DNA from: Amoebidium appalachense
Taxonomy: Eukaryota > Protista > Ichthyosporea
Direction of reading: 5' to 3'
Length of the DNA: 64,000 nucleotides
NCBI GenBank assembly: GCA_963693365.1
Contig: CAVNZM010000003.1
Span: 14,677,143-14,741,142 of the forward strand
Below the pieces are notes generated by a model that was not told the origin of the DNA, made no database searches, and was given only the letters and a program-made list of their open reading frames with translations. Position numbers and translations under genes: made by a program. Positions within the stretch are counted from its first letter, which is position 1. Every line of letters begins with the position of its first letter. Below are positions 13,569 through 26,607 of the stretch, one piece after another.

Positions 13569-15486
13569 CTTTGTGTTGTGTTGTGGTCGGTTGTTTGGGT
13601 CACATATATATATATTTAACTATAATGATTGCAAGAACTATTTGATGTAAGGAGAAAATGTTAGTAGAATAATGCTTCAGAGGTTTTTCTGTTCGCACAA
13701 TGTATTAAACACAGCGGCTTCGCACAACTACGAGTAGTTTGCCATCAGACTCAGCAACGTATACATCATTTGTTTATATATGCCGGCTTCGAATTCCTTA
13801 CCGGCAAATTGATATAGAAAAGATTGACCGTGATATCATGCGAATAGGAGCTCTTTATTTTTGATTTTTTTTGATTTCCCCCCGGGAGTCCGGGGCACGG
13901 GCTGAAGGGCATGCCCTCCGTAGAGTCTACTAGAGACATCTTGTAGAATGAGGATATGAAAGCTTATAAAATTTAAAGCCCTTGGATTCAATTAAAAAAG
14001 TAAAATGAGAAACAATATCAGTTGATAATGGATATATGAGTGCTGGTATCTTTATGTATGCTACTCTTGTCGGTTCACCGGCCGTTTCTCTGGAATGAAC
14101 CCGAATCCTTCGCCGAATCATAAATGACCATCTTCGGGAACCAGTTGCCGCCAATATTTATTGTGTACGTTGATTGGTTTTCCTACAAGATCTAGAATAC
14201 ATTGATTGGCTATAGGTCACAAGGTTATCAATGACAAACAAAAGAATAATCCAATAGGAACGCTTTTGGCTTTAGGCTAAACCATATATGGTTTTACATA
14301 GCTGCTGGCTTATTCAATCAAATGCTTCTCAAGTCAAAATAAAGCCGGATCGGAGCGGCCACTGCTCAATATCAAGTGAGCGCATGCAGAGTGACAACGA
14401 AAACCACTTCAATTTACTTTTTGATAATTCAACATATGGAAAACAATTCATTATGATACATATTAGTTCAATATTTGGGCGTGCTGGTTACCAACGGCTA
14501 ATGTAAGCTATACAGACTGAACTCAGTGAGGTGTCGACACCGGCCCGCATATACAGAGGGCCTGCTGGTTAGTATGACCCGACCCGTCTCGCTCCGACCC
14601 GCGAACGTCACACGTGCTCCGCCGGGTCGACTCAAAACAACGCGACTCAAATATTTGTACAATAGGCCTTCCACTCAGCAAGTGTGTGTGTTTTAAGGAT
14701 AATATGAACAAAGCATAACGTGCGTGCTGAAGCCCTGATAGTGCTTGTGTGCGTGATAGCCTTTGCTTGTGTTTCGGTGCTGGATGCTTGTGCTGTGCTC
14801 TACCCTGGCTTCTTGTTTGCATGTTGTTCTTTGTTGTGGTTAGTGGGTCGTATGTTTGCTAGCGAACCGTTTTTCACCCCATCCAGTATAGCGCCGGGTA
14901 AAGTAACTAGAGAGCGTAGACGAGGTGACACCTTTTGGTGGAGCAGACCGTCGCCTTTGCACCGTTCTTAGAACATTGTTGGTAAGTGGACAAAACACGT
15001 GTTTATTAGATCTGCAACCTGTGGTTTTTCCTCACAACTCCCCATCTGCTGCTTACCCCCTCCCCCCTCCCCCCTCCTTCTTTAAGCATCCCACATAAGA
15101 CATATCGCTCCCCTTTTTCCACTTTACCCTCCGTTTCACCCCCACTATGTAACTCGATCACACCTTCCACTCGTTCACTCCTCCCTTGCCATGTGTCAGT
15201 GTTTAGCCACAGTTCTGTTTGGTCCCTTTCCCCTCTCTCCCAACGTCACCTCAGTCCATCCCCTACTTCTTTTTCGACAAGATTTTATAAGACCGTCGTG
15301 CCAGTATGATGTTAATTACCCTTGCTGGAACATACTATGTCAGCAAAAAATTTTCTCATTTGAATATTACTGATATGGCCCACGTTTGAGTTGCCTGTGC
15401 TCCCTTTCGATCCTTTTATCAAGCTAACCTGTTTCCATGTTTTCCTTGTCACTTCATCCACCCCACTCCCGTTCTGTCTCTCTCCC

Positions 15487-15520
<34 letters not shown>

Positions 15521-15629
15521 CAACCCCCAAGTACATAGACACACACCCTTCCCCGTTTCCTCCTCCTCCTCTTCGTCTTCCTTGTTCTTTCCTCCCGTCC
15601 ACACAGGTAGCTGACGGCCTGCCGATGGA

Positions 15630-15727
15630 GGGTACTCAAAGCTGCTCTCGGTGCTTCCGCACTTTCATCCAGCGTGAAGGGTACTCAAAGCTGCTCTCGG
15701 TGCTTCCGAGCTTTTATCCCAGCGTGA
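15630..15727. repeat. 49-bp tandem duplication
   Basis: gggtactcaaagctgctctcggtgcttccg...agcgtga occurs twice. Confidence 0.85.
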
Positions 15728-16820
15728 TGTTGAGAAGTAATAAACATGAGCTTGAAGGCTTGGCCTTTTGTTACTGTAAACGTGTTTGATTAAATATTAA
15801 GCCCCCCCCCCCCCCCCCGGGGACCTGCTGACCTGCAACCGTTTTATTCATCTTGTACTTGTACTTCGTACCGTGTTCCGACTTTTTACATCTCACCCCC
15901 CCCCCCCCCCCCCTTCTCTCTGCCTGATATAACTTTCTCTCTCACATCCCACCCGGCGCCGCCATGCGCGTTTGGTTTGGGGTGGTGCACGGGAACTTGG
16001 CCAGGATAGGTGTCACAACTATGTAGGGCACTTGTTAACTGGCAACGAGTCAGACCTGACCACATGTACACATTCTTTGGTCTCAAGACAACAACTGGAT
16101 TTTCCGGGTGTGTGTGCTTGGGGGGGGGAGGATCAGTGCTGATGATCAAGCAATAATGATGAGAAAAGGAAGAGCCCCCGGGGGGGGGGGGAGCTTTGAA
16201 CATATGGGGATACGTGTATGTGTGAGCGTCTGTGTTGTGCACATATGCATGTGCCTTTTTCTTTCTCTCTCTCTCTCTCTTTCTCTCTCTCTCCTTTCTT
16301 TTTTCTTTTTTTTTTTTGGTTTTCTGGCCAGCCCGCAAAAATCGATTTCCGGATGTCGCGACTTTTAGGTTGGCGGCCGCGTGAGCCACTGGGCGGGGAA
16401 CAAAGAACGACCAATCGCGCCAACGGCTGATTCATGCGCTGTGCAGGCACTGGCACCGCACTGCAGGGGAAAGGCGTTTCTTTTTTGTGTTTTTGGTTCC
16501 TTTTTTTTTATTTACCAACACCAGCTTATTTACCAACACCAGTAGCAGCTAGCTCGACACGTAGACAGGTGACTACAGTGCAGCACTTAGTGCGACATCT
16601 CTACATGCCCACGTATACCGTAGGCTAACACACACGCACACGCACGCACTCACTCGCATACGCGTGAGGGTCAAAGAAACGCATGGAGGCTTCCTCTGTT
16701 CGCGTGCAGGCGTACGCCCTCCGCACGCACAGTGAACCTGCACACAGCACCAACCTTTCCTAACTATTTTTTAGATGTGCACACAATAGTGAACATAGCC
16801 ACACACCCTCATGCTTCAAA

Positions 16821-18997
16821 ATGGAGACACACACCATTCAAGACCCTTTGCTTGACCAGCAAAAGGGAGATCATAGTCAACAACAACAACAACCAGATGT
16901 TAGTCCCCAACTCACAAACACACTAGCGCCACAGGGACACGCACACGCGCTTCCCGTTGGCGCCAAAACAAGCACACACAGTGGCGGACAAACAGAAACA
17001 ACTACACCCCCTAGCGCAAAATCAACCACCCAAACCGGCATACAACCAACCCCCGACAACCCAAAATCATCCACCGAGCCCAACACTGATAACCCACATC
17101 CATTACCCACACACCCACCAACACCGTCAGACAACACAAACAGACCCGAACAACCCATCAGCACAAAAAGTACTGACACTAGTCCTACGCACGCACACAC
17201 AAACGCAAACACACACACAGAAACATCACAACCAAACGTAAACGGGAATGACACCACACTCGCATCTGCCATAGCCGCTGCCGCCGCCGCTGTCACCGGA
17301 ACATCCACTGTGAAGGACACACGAAAATGGACATTCGAACTCGGGGTTCCAAAAGACACCGTGAAAGAAACCACCAAGGCGACTAGGAAGCCCAAAAGTG
17401 AACCGCCGAAGGACATGCAACTCCTAACGTCAGTATTTTCCTTGAAATCAGCCCCCAGACGGGGGCATCCCCCCGTCCACCCACTCTCACTCGGATATGC
17501 ATACCCCCGGCCACCGGCCGTGCACAAATTCACATTGCCCCAGCAATTACCCCCACACCCACCACCGCCGCCCGTCCGTCCGTTCGCGCATGGCAACACG
17601 CCCCTGGTACAACCGAAAACGGAAGGTGGGGATGAGACGAACACACCCACACCCGTTGCTTATCGCCCCTTAATGACGTATGTTCCGCTCATCCCATATC
17701 CGGCAATTGTCGAAGCGACCTTAAATTCGACACCGCCTACAACGGAGCCGGATATGGCAAGTGTGAAGAGAAAGGGGTTAACGAAGAGACCATATATGGT
17801 TAAGTTGGATAAGGATGCGGGTGGGAATGAAGCGAGTAAGGAGGGAGAAGGAAACGACGGGGAGGAAGAGGAAGGGGCAAGTGAAGGAAAAGAAGTAGAG
17901 GAAGAGGGAGGAGAGAATGAAGGGAATGAGGGAGAAGAAGGGAGAAGAGTAGGTGAACTTACAAGGGGAATGTCATCCTTTTACGAGGAATTAATTAGTG
18001 AAGGGGCCCAGAGGGGAAACGGGCACAGTGCAGCGAGTGAGTGGGGGTTGGTGGGGTGGCTCCCCGCAGATATAACGAGAGGAGGGACGAGGAAACGAAG
18101 GAGGGAGGATGAAAACGAGGATGAATCAGAAGAGGAAGAATGGATTTTCGGGCCTTATTCCGGCCCGTGGAAGGATGATTTGAAAAAACCGGAAAAGGAA
18201 AAGGAAAGGGAAAAAGAAGAAAAGAAAAAGGAAAAGAAAGTGTACAAGCCCAGGAAAGTGAAGGTTTTGGACGAAGCGGCGATCGAGGCGCTGAAGGAAA
18301 AACGCCGAAAATACAAGGAAAATGGTCAAAAGAGGAAGAAGGAAAACGGGAAGGATTTGTGCGAACACAACAAGCAGCGTAGCGGGTGTAGGCACTGCAG
18401 GCCTCTCTGCCCCCACGGCAGAATCATAAACAGCACGAAACTGTGCACGAATTGCCACCCGGAGGTGTTGTGTGAACATGGGAACAGGAGGGATTATTGT
18501 CGTCAATGCGGGGGGAAATGGATAAGAATGTGCGAACACAACAAACGGAGGGAAAGGTGTATCGATTGTCAACCGGAGAAATTCTGCCCGCACAAACGGA
18601 GACCGTATCAGTGTAAGGACTGCGGGGGGGCGAGGTTTTGCGTTCACAACAAACAGAAACAGACGTGCCGCTTGTGCGAGGGGAACATATTCTGTCCGCA
18701 CGGAAAACACAAGAACAAGTGTGTGGATTGTAACCCGGAGGGGTGGTTCCAGAAGCACTATCGACCGACTAGACAGGGGGAGAAATATGAGGAACGCAGG
18801 CGGAAGGAGATGGAAAGATTGGAAGCGGAGAGGTTGAGAAAGTTGGCAAACGGGGGGTTTACGAGCGAGGATTCGAGCGTGGTTGCCAGTATGGAGGAGG
18901 GGGGTGGGACGGGGACGCGGGGAGGGAAGGGTGGGAAGGATGGTGGGGACGGGGTGGTGGAAACACCGACGAAGAGGGTTACGCGAGGAAGTGCCAG
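16821..18997 (+). CDS. Large exon of a protein with low-complexity N-terminus, acidic/basic NLS-like region and 7 tandem CxH-x6-CxxC Cys/His (putative Zn-binding) repeats
   Basis: Open from ATG 16821. Repeats at ~18358-18735: CEHNKQRSGCRHC, CPHGRIINSTKLCTNC (x9 spacer), CEHGNRRDYCRQC, CEHNKRRERCIDC, CPHKRRPYQCKDC, CVHNKQKQTCRLC, CPHGKHKNKCVDC. Coding character ends at a phase-2 donor AG|GTGTGT (18997/18998) followed by GT/G-rich intron sequence. Confidence 0.8.
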
Positions 18998-19309
18998 GTG
19001 TGTGGATATGTGTGTGTGGGGTGGGGGGGGGGTGGGAGACGGGGAGGGGGGGGGGGGGGGTGGGGGGGTAAGAGGGGAGAAAAGGAGAGTGAGGGGAGGG
19101 GAGTGTGGGGGCTGGGAAGGGAGGGAAGACCGGGGGGGGGGGGGGGGGGGGTTTGAAGGGAGAGAGGGAGACGGGAGTTTTGGGGAAGGCTGTTGTGGAG
19201 GTGGTGGTGGTTTTGAGTCAGGGTAGGGGGGGTGGGGCATGGGGTGGGAGAAGTTGGGTTTTGTGGGGCCATGGTGGTGGTGGATGTGGGTGGGTGGGGG
19301 AGGTGGGGG

Positions 19310-19341
<32 letters not shown>

Positions 19342-19788
19342 AGGGGGGAGGCATGGGGAGCGGGGCCTAGGGTTTGTGGAAATGGCGGAGGGTGGGGGAT
19401 GCTGGGGGGATATGGTAAGGAGGGGACGAGGATTTTTTTTTTTTTTTTTTTTTTTTTGCTTTTTCCTTTCCTTTCACGTGGTGGTGGTGTGGGGGGGCCG
19501 GGGGAGGGAGGGGGGGCGAGGGGGGCGAGGGGGGGGGAGGGGGCCACCGTTAGTGTCGGAAACATTATGTCCGACCTATATCCAGAAAGGTAGGGGCATG
19601 GGGCTCTGTGTAGGCAGCACATATGTATCTTGTGTCTGTTGTTGCAGTGCCATCGTTGTTTTCTGCACGGTGCCTTCCTGATTTTTCTTTGTAATGCATG
19701 CCATATACCTCATTCTATCCTCCCCCCGCCAACCTCCCTACCCTCTGCTTTCCCTATCTACTGGGATCTTCTGACCTCCCCCCCCCCC

Positions 19789-20030
19789 TGCATAAGCAAC
19801 CCTGCTCGTCTCTGATCAAGACGGGTGACCTACTCATGTTCAAGTGAAACAGTATCTGAGTTGGGTTTCGTTAACGAGGGGAATAGGTCGAAACTCGGGT
19901 ACTGTGGATGACGTGGGCCCCCCCTGAGGATGGGCTCTGCTTATTATGCATACTCTTTATGTATGGCTTGCATTCTGCATCGTGTTATCCGTTTGTTCTT
20001 GTGTACTTCGTACTTTTTGACGCATTCAAA
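19789..20030 (+). mobile_element. Intronic structured repeat element, full-length copy A
   Basis: Reverse complement of 57112-57352 with only a handful of differences. Lies in predicted intron 18998-21181, sense to the host. Confidence 0.85.
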
Positions 20031-20270
20031 CCCCCCCCCCCCCCCCCCTCTCTTTCCCTGGACTGGTTTGTCATGTGCACACTGCTCACTTAAGTTTCCC
20101 CCCTTTCCACCCTCCCCCCCCCCTCCCCCCCCCCCCCCCCTGCGGAGCAAGGCACAGGCATCCACTACCACCTCAAGCGCACACACACACACACACACAC
20201 ACACACTGACACACTGACGCACACTCACACATTTTATCTCGCTTCCTCCTTCTGTCTGGCTCACTCCTCA

Positions 20271-20372
<102 letters not shown>

Positions 20373-20541
20373 TTGCACTCAAACTTGTACCCACACAAAC
20401 TCACACACACATCACACGTTTATTTGAAATTACGTTTACACACACACTCCTACTCATACCCACTGTTCACAATTATTGACTTGCTTGCCGAGGCATTTTA
20501 GAACACCTGTATCACACACACGCAGTCTTCCCCCCCCCCCC

Positions 20542-20618
<77 letters not shown>

Positions 20619-21036
20619 TTGCAAAACCACTGATTCATCCCCACACCGGCCTTACTGTCCTGACCTACTCGGACCGACACGTTAACAAGACCCTCCTTTC
20701 CCCCTCCCCCCTCCTTCCCCCCCCCCCCCCCCCTCAACCCTCCCCGCACACACACACACACACCACCTCCCCCCTTCCCCCACCCCCCCTGCCCTCGGCA
20801 TCGCGCCCACCCGCTTTCCCCCCTCCCCCCCCCCTCCCCCTGCCCAAGAGGAAAGAAAGCACAAATATAAAAGTAAATCCAAGCATTACGCACACACAAG
20901 CACACACACACACACATACACACACTCACACGCACACACACGCACACACACACACACACACACATCCCCCTCTTTCCCCCCCACCCCCACCCTCACCCCC
21001 CCCCCCCCCCTCCTCTCCCCTCCCCCCCCCAAAACC

Positions 21037-21091
<55 letters not shown>

Positions 21092-21181
21092 CCCTCTTCC
21101 CCCCCCCCCCCCTCCACCCCCACCCCTCCGCCTCCTCCCTTCCCCCCCCCCCCTCCCCCCATACACACACACAAAACACAG

Positions 21182-22508
21182 AGCCGCTGCCGCCGCCGCA
21201 GCAGCTTCCGGCACAAACACAACAACAACAACAACAAAACCACCAAGAAAAGAAAGGACAGAACCCATTCTCCCTCCCCACCACTTCCAAATGCTTGCAA
21301 AATACAACGCGTGGGCAAACGTGCGACTGTACGAATCTGCCTCCCAAATTCCGGACGCTTGGTTCCGCGACGACATTATGGGGGGTCTAAGAGCCCTTCT
21401 GGGGGTGTTTTTACGTGGGGTGATGGCCGATAATATGTGGTTGGAGCAGTTTCCGAGGGGTGGGGAGGAGAATGGGGAAGTCGATGCGATCGACGTTGCT
21501 GAATTACAGGGGGGGGGGTTTGAAGGTGTGTATGATTGCGCTCCCACTGCAGAATCCTCCTTTCCCCCCCCCCCTTCCCCCTCCAACACACACAAACACA
21601 CACACACACACACATACAAACACAGACCCCACACGACCCCACCCCACCCACGCCACCTCACCCCTTACTTCGTTCCCGGTATTGCAGGCTAATCTCCCCC
21701 CCCCCCCCCCCCCCCTCCCCCTCCCCCCCACTCACCCCCCCCCCCCCCCCCCCCCCCCCACACACACACCCATCCCGACCCCTTTTTTCGTACTTCTGTA
21801 ATGCATGCTAATCCGTCCCTCCCCCCTCCCCACCCGCCCCACCCCACCACACCCCTCTGTGATGTATACATACTCTTGGCGTGTGGGCTCTTTTTTTTGC
21901 TATATTGTTTCATTACTTTATTACTCCGTCGATCTCCCTATTCCCCCTCCCCCCCCCTCCCCCTCCCCTCCCTTCCCTGGATGACTTGCCCCTCCCCCCT
22001 CCACCCCCGCCTCCGACCCTTCCCTCCCCCCCCCCCCCCCCTCCCCCGCCTCCGATGCTGGGCTCTGCCTCTTATGCATACTCTTTGTGTGGTTTGCACC
22101 CCACATTATTTTTTCCGTCGTCAATGTAAACTATAGCTCATCTTACTCCCCCCCTTCTGGGCCTCCTGGGAAACAACATGGCTGTTTTTTGTTGTCTTGC
22201 ACGTCTGAGGGTGATGTCGCCTGTGTGTGTGTTGCTGTGCTTGTATGTTGGTGGGCATGTGTGTTTTGTGTGTGGTTGTTTGTGTCCATGGTTCGATATA
22301 AAGGTGCGTGACCTGCTTTTGGGTGTGAATGGTGTTGGAAAGTTCCTCCCCCCCCCCCTCCCCCCCCCCCCCCCCCCCCCCCCCCCGCCCGCTTTCCTTT
22401 ATCGACCAATTACGCGCGCGATCACCCACGCACACACAAGGAAATGCAAGGCACATCGATAGGCCTCTTACGTTGATTGCAAGCTTCCTCGTTATCGGTG
22501 CACCTGGT

Positions 22509-22543
<35 letters not shown>

Positions 22544-22797
22544 CCGGCTTATTGTCCTAAGTAACTGTATACGGTTGTATGGTCTTTTTTTGTGCGGCAT
22601 TACACTCTCTAGTGTTTACTTGTACTTTGTACTGTGTTCTGTGTTTTACAACCCCCCCCCCCACACACACACACCTGCATTTGAATTATATGGATGAAAC
22701 ACATCACGTGTTGGCATGTTCACTCTAACCCTTTTACCCCTCCCGCTCCCTCCCCCCCCCCCCCCCCCCCCCCCTTCTCCCCTCTCCCCCTCCCCCT

Positions 22798-22846
<49 letters not shown>

Positions 22847-22875
22847 CACAAATGCCCGTGCAAACCCATCACACA

Positions 22876-22930
<55 letters not shown>

Positions 22931-23485
22931 CCACTCCTCACCCTCCCCATCCCCCCCCCCCCCCCAACACATATACACGCCCTCTCCCACCTCCCTCCCC
23001 CCCCCCCCCCCACACACACACACACACTCCCCCCCCCCCTCTCCCCCCTTCCCCCCTCCCCGTTCCCCCGCCGCCCACCCACACACACACACACATACAC
23101 ACCCTCCTCCCCCTCCCTCCCCCTTCCTTCCTTCCCTCCCCCCCCCCCCCCCCACCACCACCACCACCACCACCACACACACACACACACACAGGAGATA
23201 ATGACAGCTCGTGTCAACCTAGACCAATCAATCACCAACTTCACCAACACTCTCACCCAAGAGTCACTCCGCGAAAAAATCAGTTTTTCATCCGTGGACG
23301 CAAACAAAAATTCCGAAATTTTCGAATACGATCTGGACGTCGCCCTGACGCACTTTTTCAGCCAGCACGCGCATCAGAGGGGGCAGGCACACGGGCTGAT
23401 GGCGTTGCTAGGCTGTGACGTTCCTGTGTCGGGATTGGTCGATTTCCTCCAATCGGATGAGGGCAGGGCGTGCAACCCCTCGTAA
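21182..23485 (+). CDS. DinB/YfiT-like domain in two exons (~21182-21525 and 23195-23485); probably the C-terminus of the 16821 gene
   Basis: [17 protein letters not shown]...ADNMWLEQF and [13 protein letters not shown]...[23 protein letters not shown]...LVDF follow the DinB pattern (YNxWANxRLY; HxxNHxxHHRGQ). Acceptors are CACAG at 21181 and 23194. The donor near 21525 needs either a 1-nt poly-G correction or the GGT|GT site at 21527/21528. Confidence 0.8.
22052..22120 (+). repeat. Intronic element, degenerate partial copy G
   Basis: tgggctctgcctcttatgcatactctttgtgtggtttgca matches copy A tgggctctgcttattatgcatactctttatgtatggcttgca. Lies in the DinB intron, sense. Confidence 0.7.
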
Positions 23486-23627
23486 GGCTGCTGCTGGGTT
23501 TTGGCGGACCTTGGTGTCGTCATGTTGTGAGTGCGATTGGGTTATCTTTTTAATGTTTTTTATTATTTTTTATGTCTATTTGGTTTGTTTGCTTGGTTGG
23601 TTCTTTCTGGTAGTGGTTTTGGTGTGT

Positions 23628-23685
<58 letters not shown>

Positions 23686-23768
23686 TGGGATCAAGCAGCC
23701 AGTCATCTAAATGAGACAATAGTTTGCTAGCAAAAGGGAAAAGTACTTCGTAGATTGATTTCTGCATG

Positions 23769-23818
<50 letters not shown>

Positions 23819-23898
23819 TTCATGTCCTAGCACACGTTTAAGGTGTATCCGTCCTAGAAAGTATTATGACTTCTTCTGCTGTGTTTTCTTGTAATTTG

Positions 23899-23974
23899 AG
23901 CTGCACGTGAGACAAGACCCGAATTCGTGCCAGAGCAGCTGCACGTGAGACAAGACCCTAATTCATGCCAGAGC
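23899..23974. repeat. ~38-bp tandem duplication
   Basis: agctgcacgtgagacaagaccc.aattc.tgccagagc occurs twice. Confidence 0.85.
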
Positions 23975-24431
23975 TTCGTAGAAGGAATTGTATATTGAAG
24001 GAAAGAAGGAAAACGAAAAGGTATCCAATTGAGGAAGTTTCGGCGTGGGAATTTCGCACCTGTACACTACATATGTTATCTCTTTGAATCAACTTTTGCT
24101 TGTTTTCTTCTTTTTTTTTGGTTGTTTTTCAGATGTGAGTGAGCAGAGTGTGTACATCGACATCAGGATTAAACTTTTTTGTCATCAAAATGAGTTGGTA
24201 AATAAATGTATGTTTACCGCGGAGCTTGGACTGTGCAATACTCAACCCTTAAAGGAATGTAAAGATTCAGTGTACGTGCCTTTGCATGCGCAATCGAACG
24301 CCATCAATCGGCACTTTCCCTCGTATATACCGAATAGTATACATGGGAGATGATCATCTGATTGATCGTGTGTGTGTTGATATTAGTGTGTGTGTGTGTA
24401 CGTGGGTGTGTGTGAGTGTGCGTATGCATGG

Positions 24432-24473
<42 letters not shown>

Positions 24474-25079
24474 TGGTGTGTGTCTGTGTGCCTGTGTGTG
24501 CTTGCGTGCATGTATGTGTGTGTGGGTGTGTTTGCGTGTGTGTGTGTGTGTGTGTGCACGTGCGTGCATGTACATGTGCGGGGGCAAGCATGCAAATGCG
24601 ATTTTTCACTGATCACGTGGAACAGCTGTGTGCCTGTGTACACATGTGCAATGTGTACGTGTGTATGTCTGCCGAACCAGCCAAGGCGTCCAATTTGTGT
24701 TGCAGTACTTCGGATCCGAAGGACTCAAACATGCATTAACCATCATCATGCCATAATGCACATACGTATACTAAGGAACATAATAATGCCTTTGATGACA
24801 ATTCGCCAAAATAAAAACATAAACCTAATAACCATATAACCCTATTTATGTGTGTCTGGGCCCTAAATGGACTGCCGCCCCCCACCCCCCCACTAGAGGG
24901 GCCGGCAACCCCTTTCTGGCGCTCGGGGATCGAACCATTCCCCCCTGGTTTTACGTCATCGAATCGTGTTTTGTCCAATCAGATGCAAGAGAGGGTCCGT
25001 CCCTGGGGGGGGGGGGGGGGGGGGGGGGAGGGCCTAGGACCAGCTTACATCGTACCCATACCACGGTGGTCCCATTCCC

Positions 25080-25110
<31 letters not shown>

Positions 25111-25355
25111 AAAAAAAAAAAAAAAACAAAAAAAACTAAGCCATCATCAAGGGCCTGCCACCTCTGTTCACCAATACACATTGTTGTACTGCACGGCATC
25201 GATCTGCCTCACTCCTCGTCACCTGGCCTGCCCTCCCCCCCCCCCTTCACCCCACCCCCCGCCCACTCTTTAGAGATCCTGAATCTCTCTCTGCCGTGAC
25301 ATGCGTGTGTGCATGAGCTCGAGCACACGTACATGCATAAACACAAAAGCACATC

Positions 25356-25441
<86 letters not shown>

Positions 25442-25577
25442 CACACACACACACATGCACACACGGACATACCACTAACACGGACACCGTGCGCACAGCG
25501 CCACAAGCATGCACGCACACACAGACACAAAGTGTCGCACGTGCACGGCGTACACATACATACACAAGTGCACAAGT

Positions 25578-25662
<85 letters not shown>

Positions 25663-25848
25663 CACACCACTCATTTGCGCACAGATTTGCATTTGCCCAA
25701 ACCGCACATTGTTCACAATGTACACCACAGACAGGCGGCCAGAGGATATCGATGATGTACAGAAAACAAACATGCGCACACATCATGGTACATACACACA
25801 CAATATCTCTCCTTCTTTCTTGCTATCTTTCGCACTAGCTCTCCAGAG

Positions 25849-25994
<146 letters not shown>

Positions 25995-26187
25995 CCCCCC
26001 CCCCCTCTTCCCCGTCTCCCGCTCCCGCTCCCTCCCTCTCCCTCTCCCTCTCCCGGGCCCTCTCCCTTTCCCTGTCCCTCTCCCTCTCCCTCTCCCTCTC
26101 CCTCATGATCAGGTCCCTCCGGATCCCTCTCCCTGTCCCTCTCCCGCTCCCTCTCCCTCTCTCTCCCTCTCTCCCTCTCTCTGTATG

Positions 26188-26237
<50 letters not shown>

Positions 26238-26576
26238 TTCTCTCTCTCTCTCCCCTCCCCCCCCCCCCCCCCCCCTCTCTCCCGAGACTCTCTCTCTCTC
26301 AGATCTATGTACAGTACATCCAGATCTCTCATGATCTCTACCCTCTCTATCTCTAGATTCCCCCCCCCCCCCCCCTCCCCCCCCCTCCCCCCCTTCCCCT
26401 CCCCCCCCCCCTCCCCCCCCCTCCCCCCTTCCCCTCCCTCCCCCCCCCTCCCCCTCCCTCCCCCTCCCCCCCCCCCCCCCCCGCGGGCCCCTGTTTCTCT
26501 CGAGCTCTCAGTCTCCATCTCTCTCTCTCTATGTTTGTGTGCGTGTGCGTGTGTGTGTGTGTGCGTGTGTGTGAGT

Positions 26577-26607
<31 letters not shown>

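Noticed and set aside
18998-19226. C-terminal Gly-rich end of the 801-aa ORF
   Set aside because: It begins at a good donor site and is GT/G-tract sequence typical of intron starts here.
19838-19905. Resemblance of the element to U2 snRNA (tcaagtg..agtatctg), 7SL RNA (ggtcgaaactc..gtactg) or box C/D motifs
   Set aside because: The matches are short and gapped, flanking U2 and SRP helices are absent, and the U2-like part is not kept in copy D. An Rfam search is needed before any assignment.
19880-19940. Hammerhead ribozyme in the intronic element (GAAAC-UCGG-GUA and CUGAGGA motifs)
   Set aside because: Both core-like motifs are present, but I could not build stem II or stem I in any permutation, and the GAAACUC segment is paired in the covarying long arm. 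Not called, though self-cleavage is worth testing.
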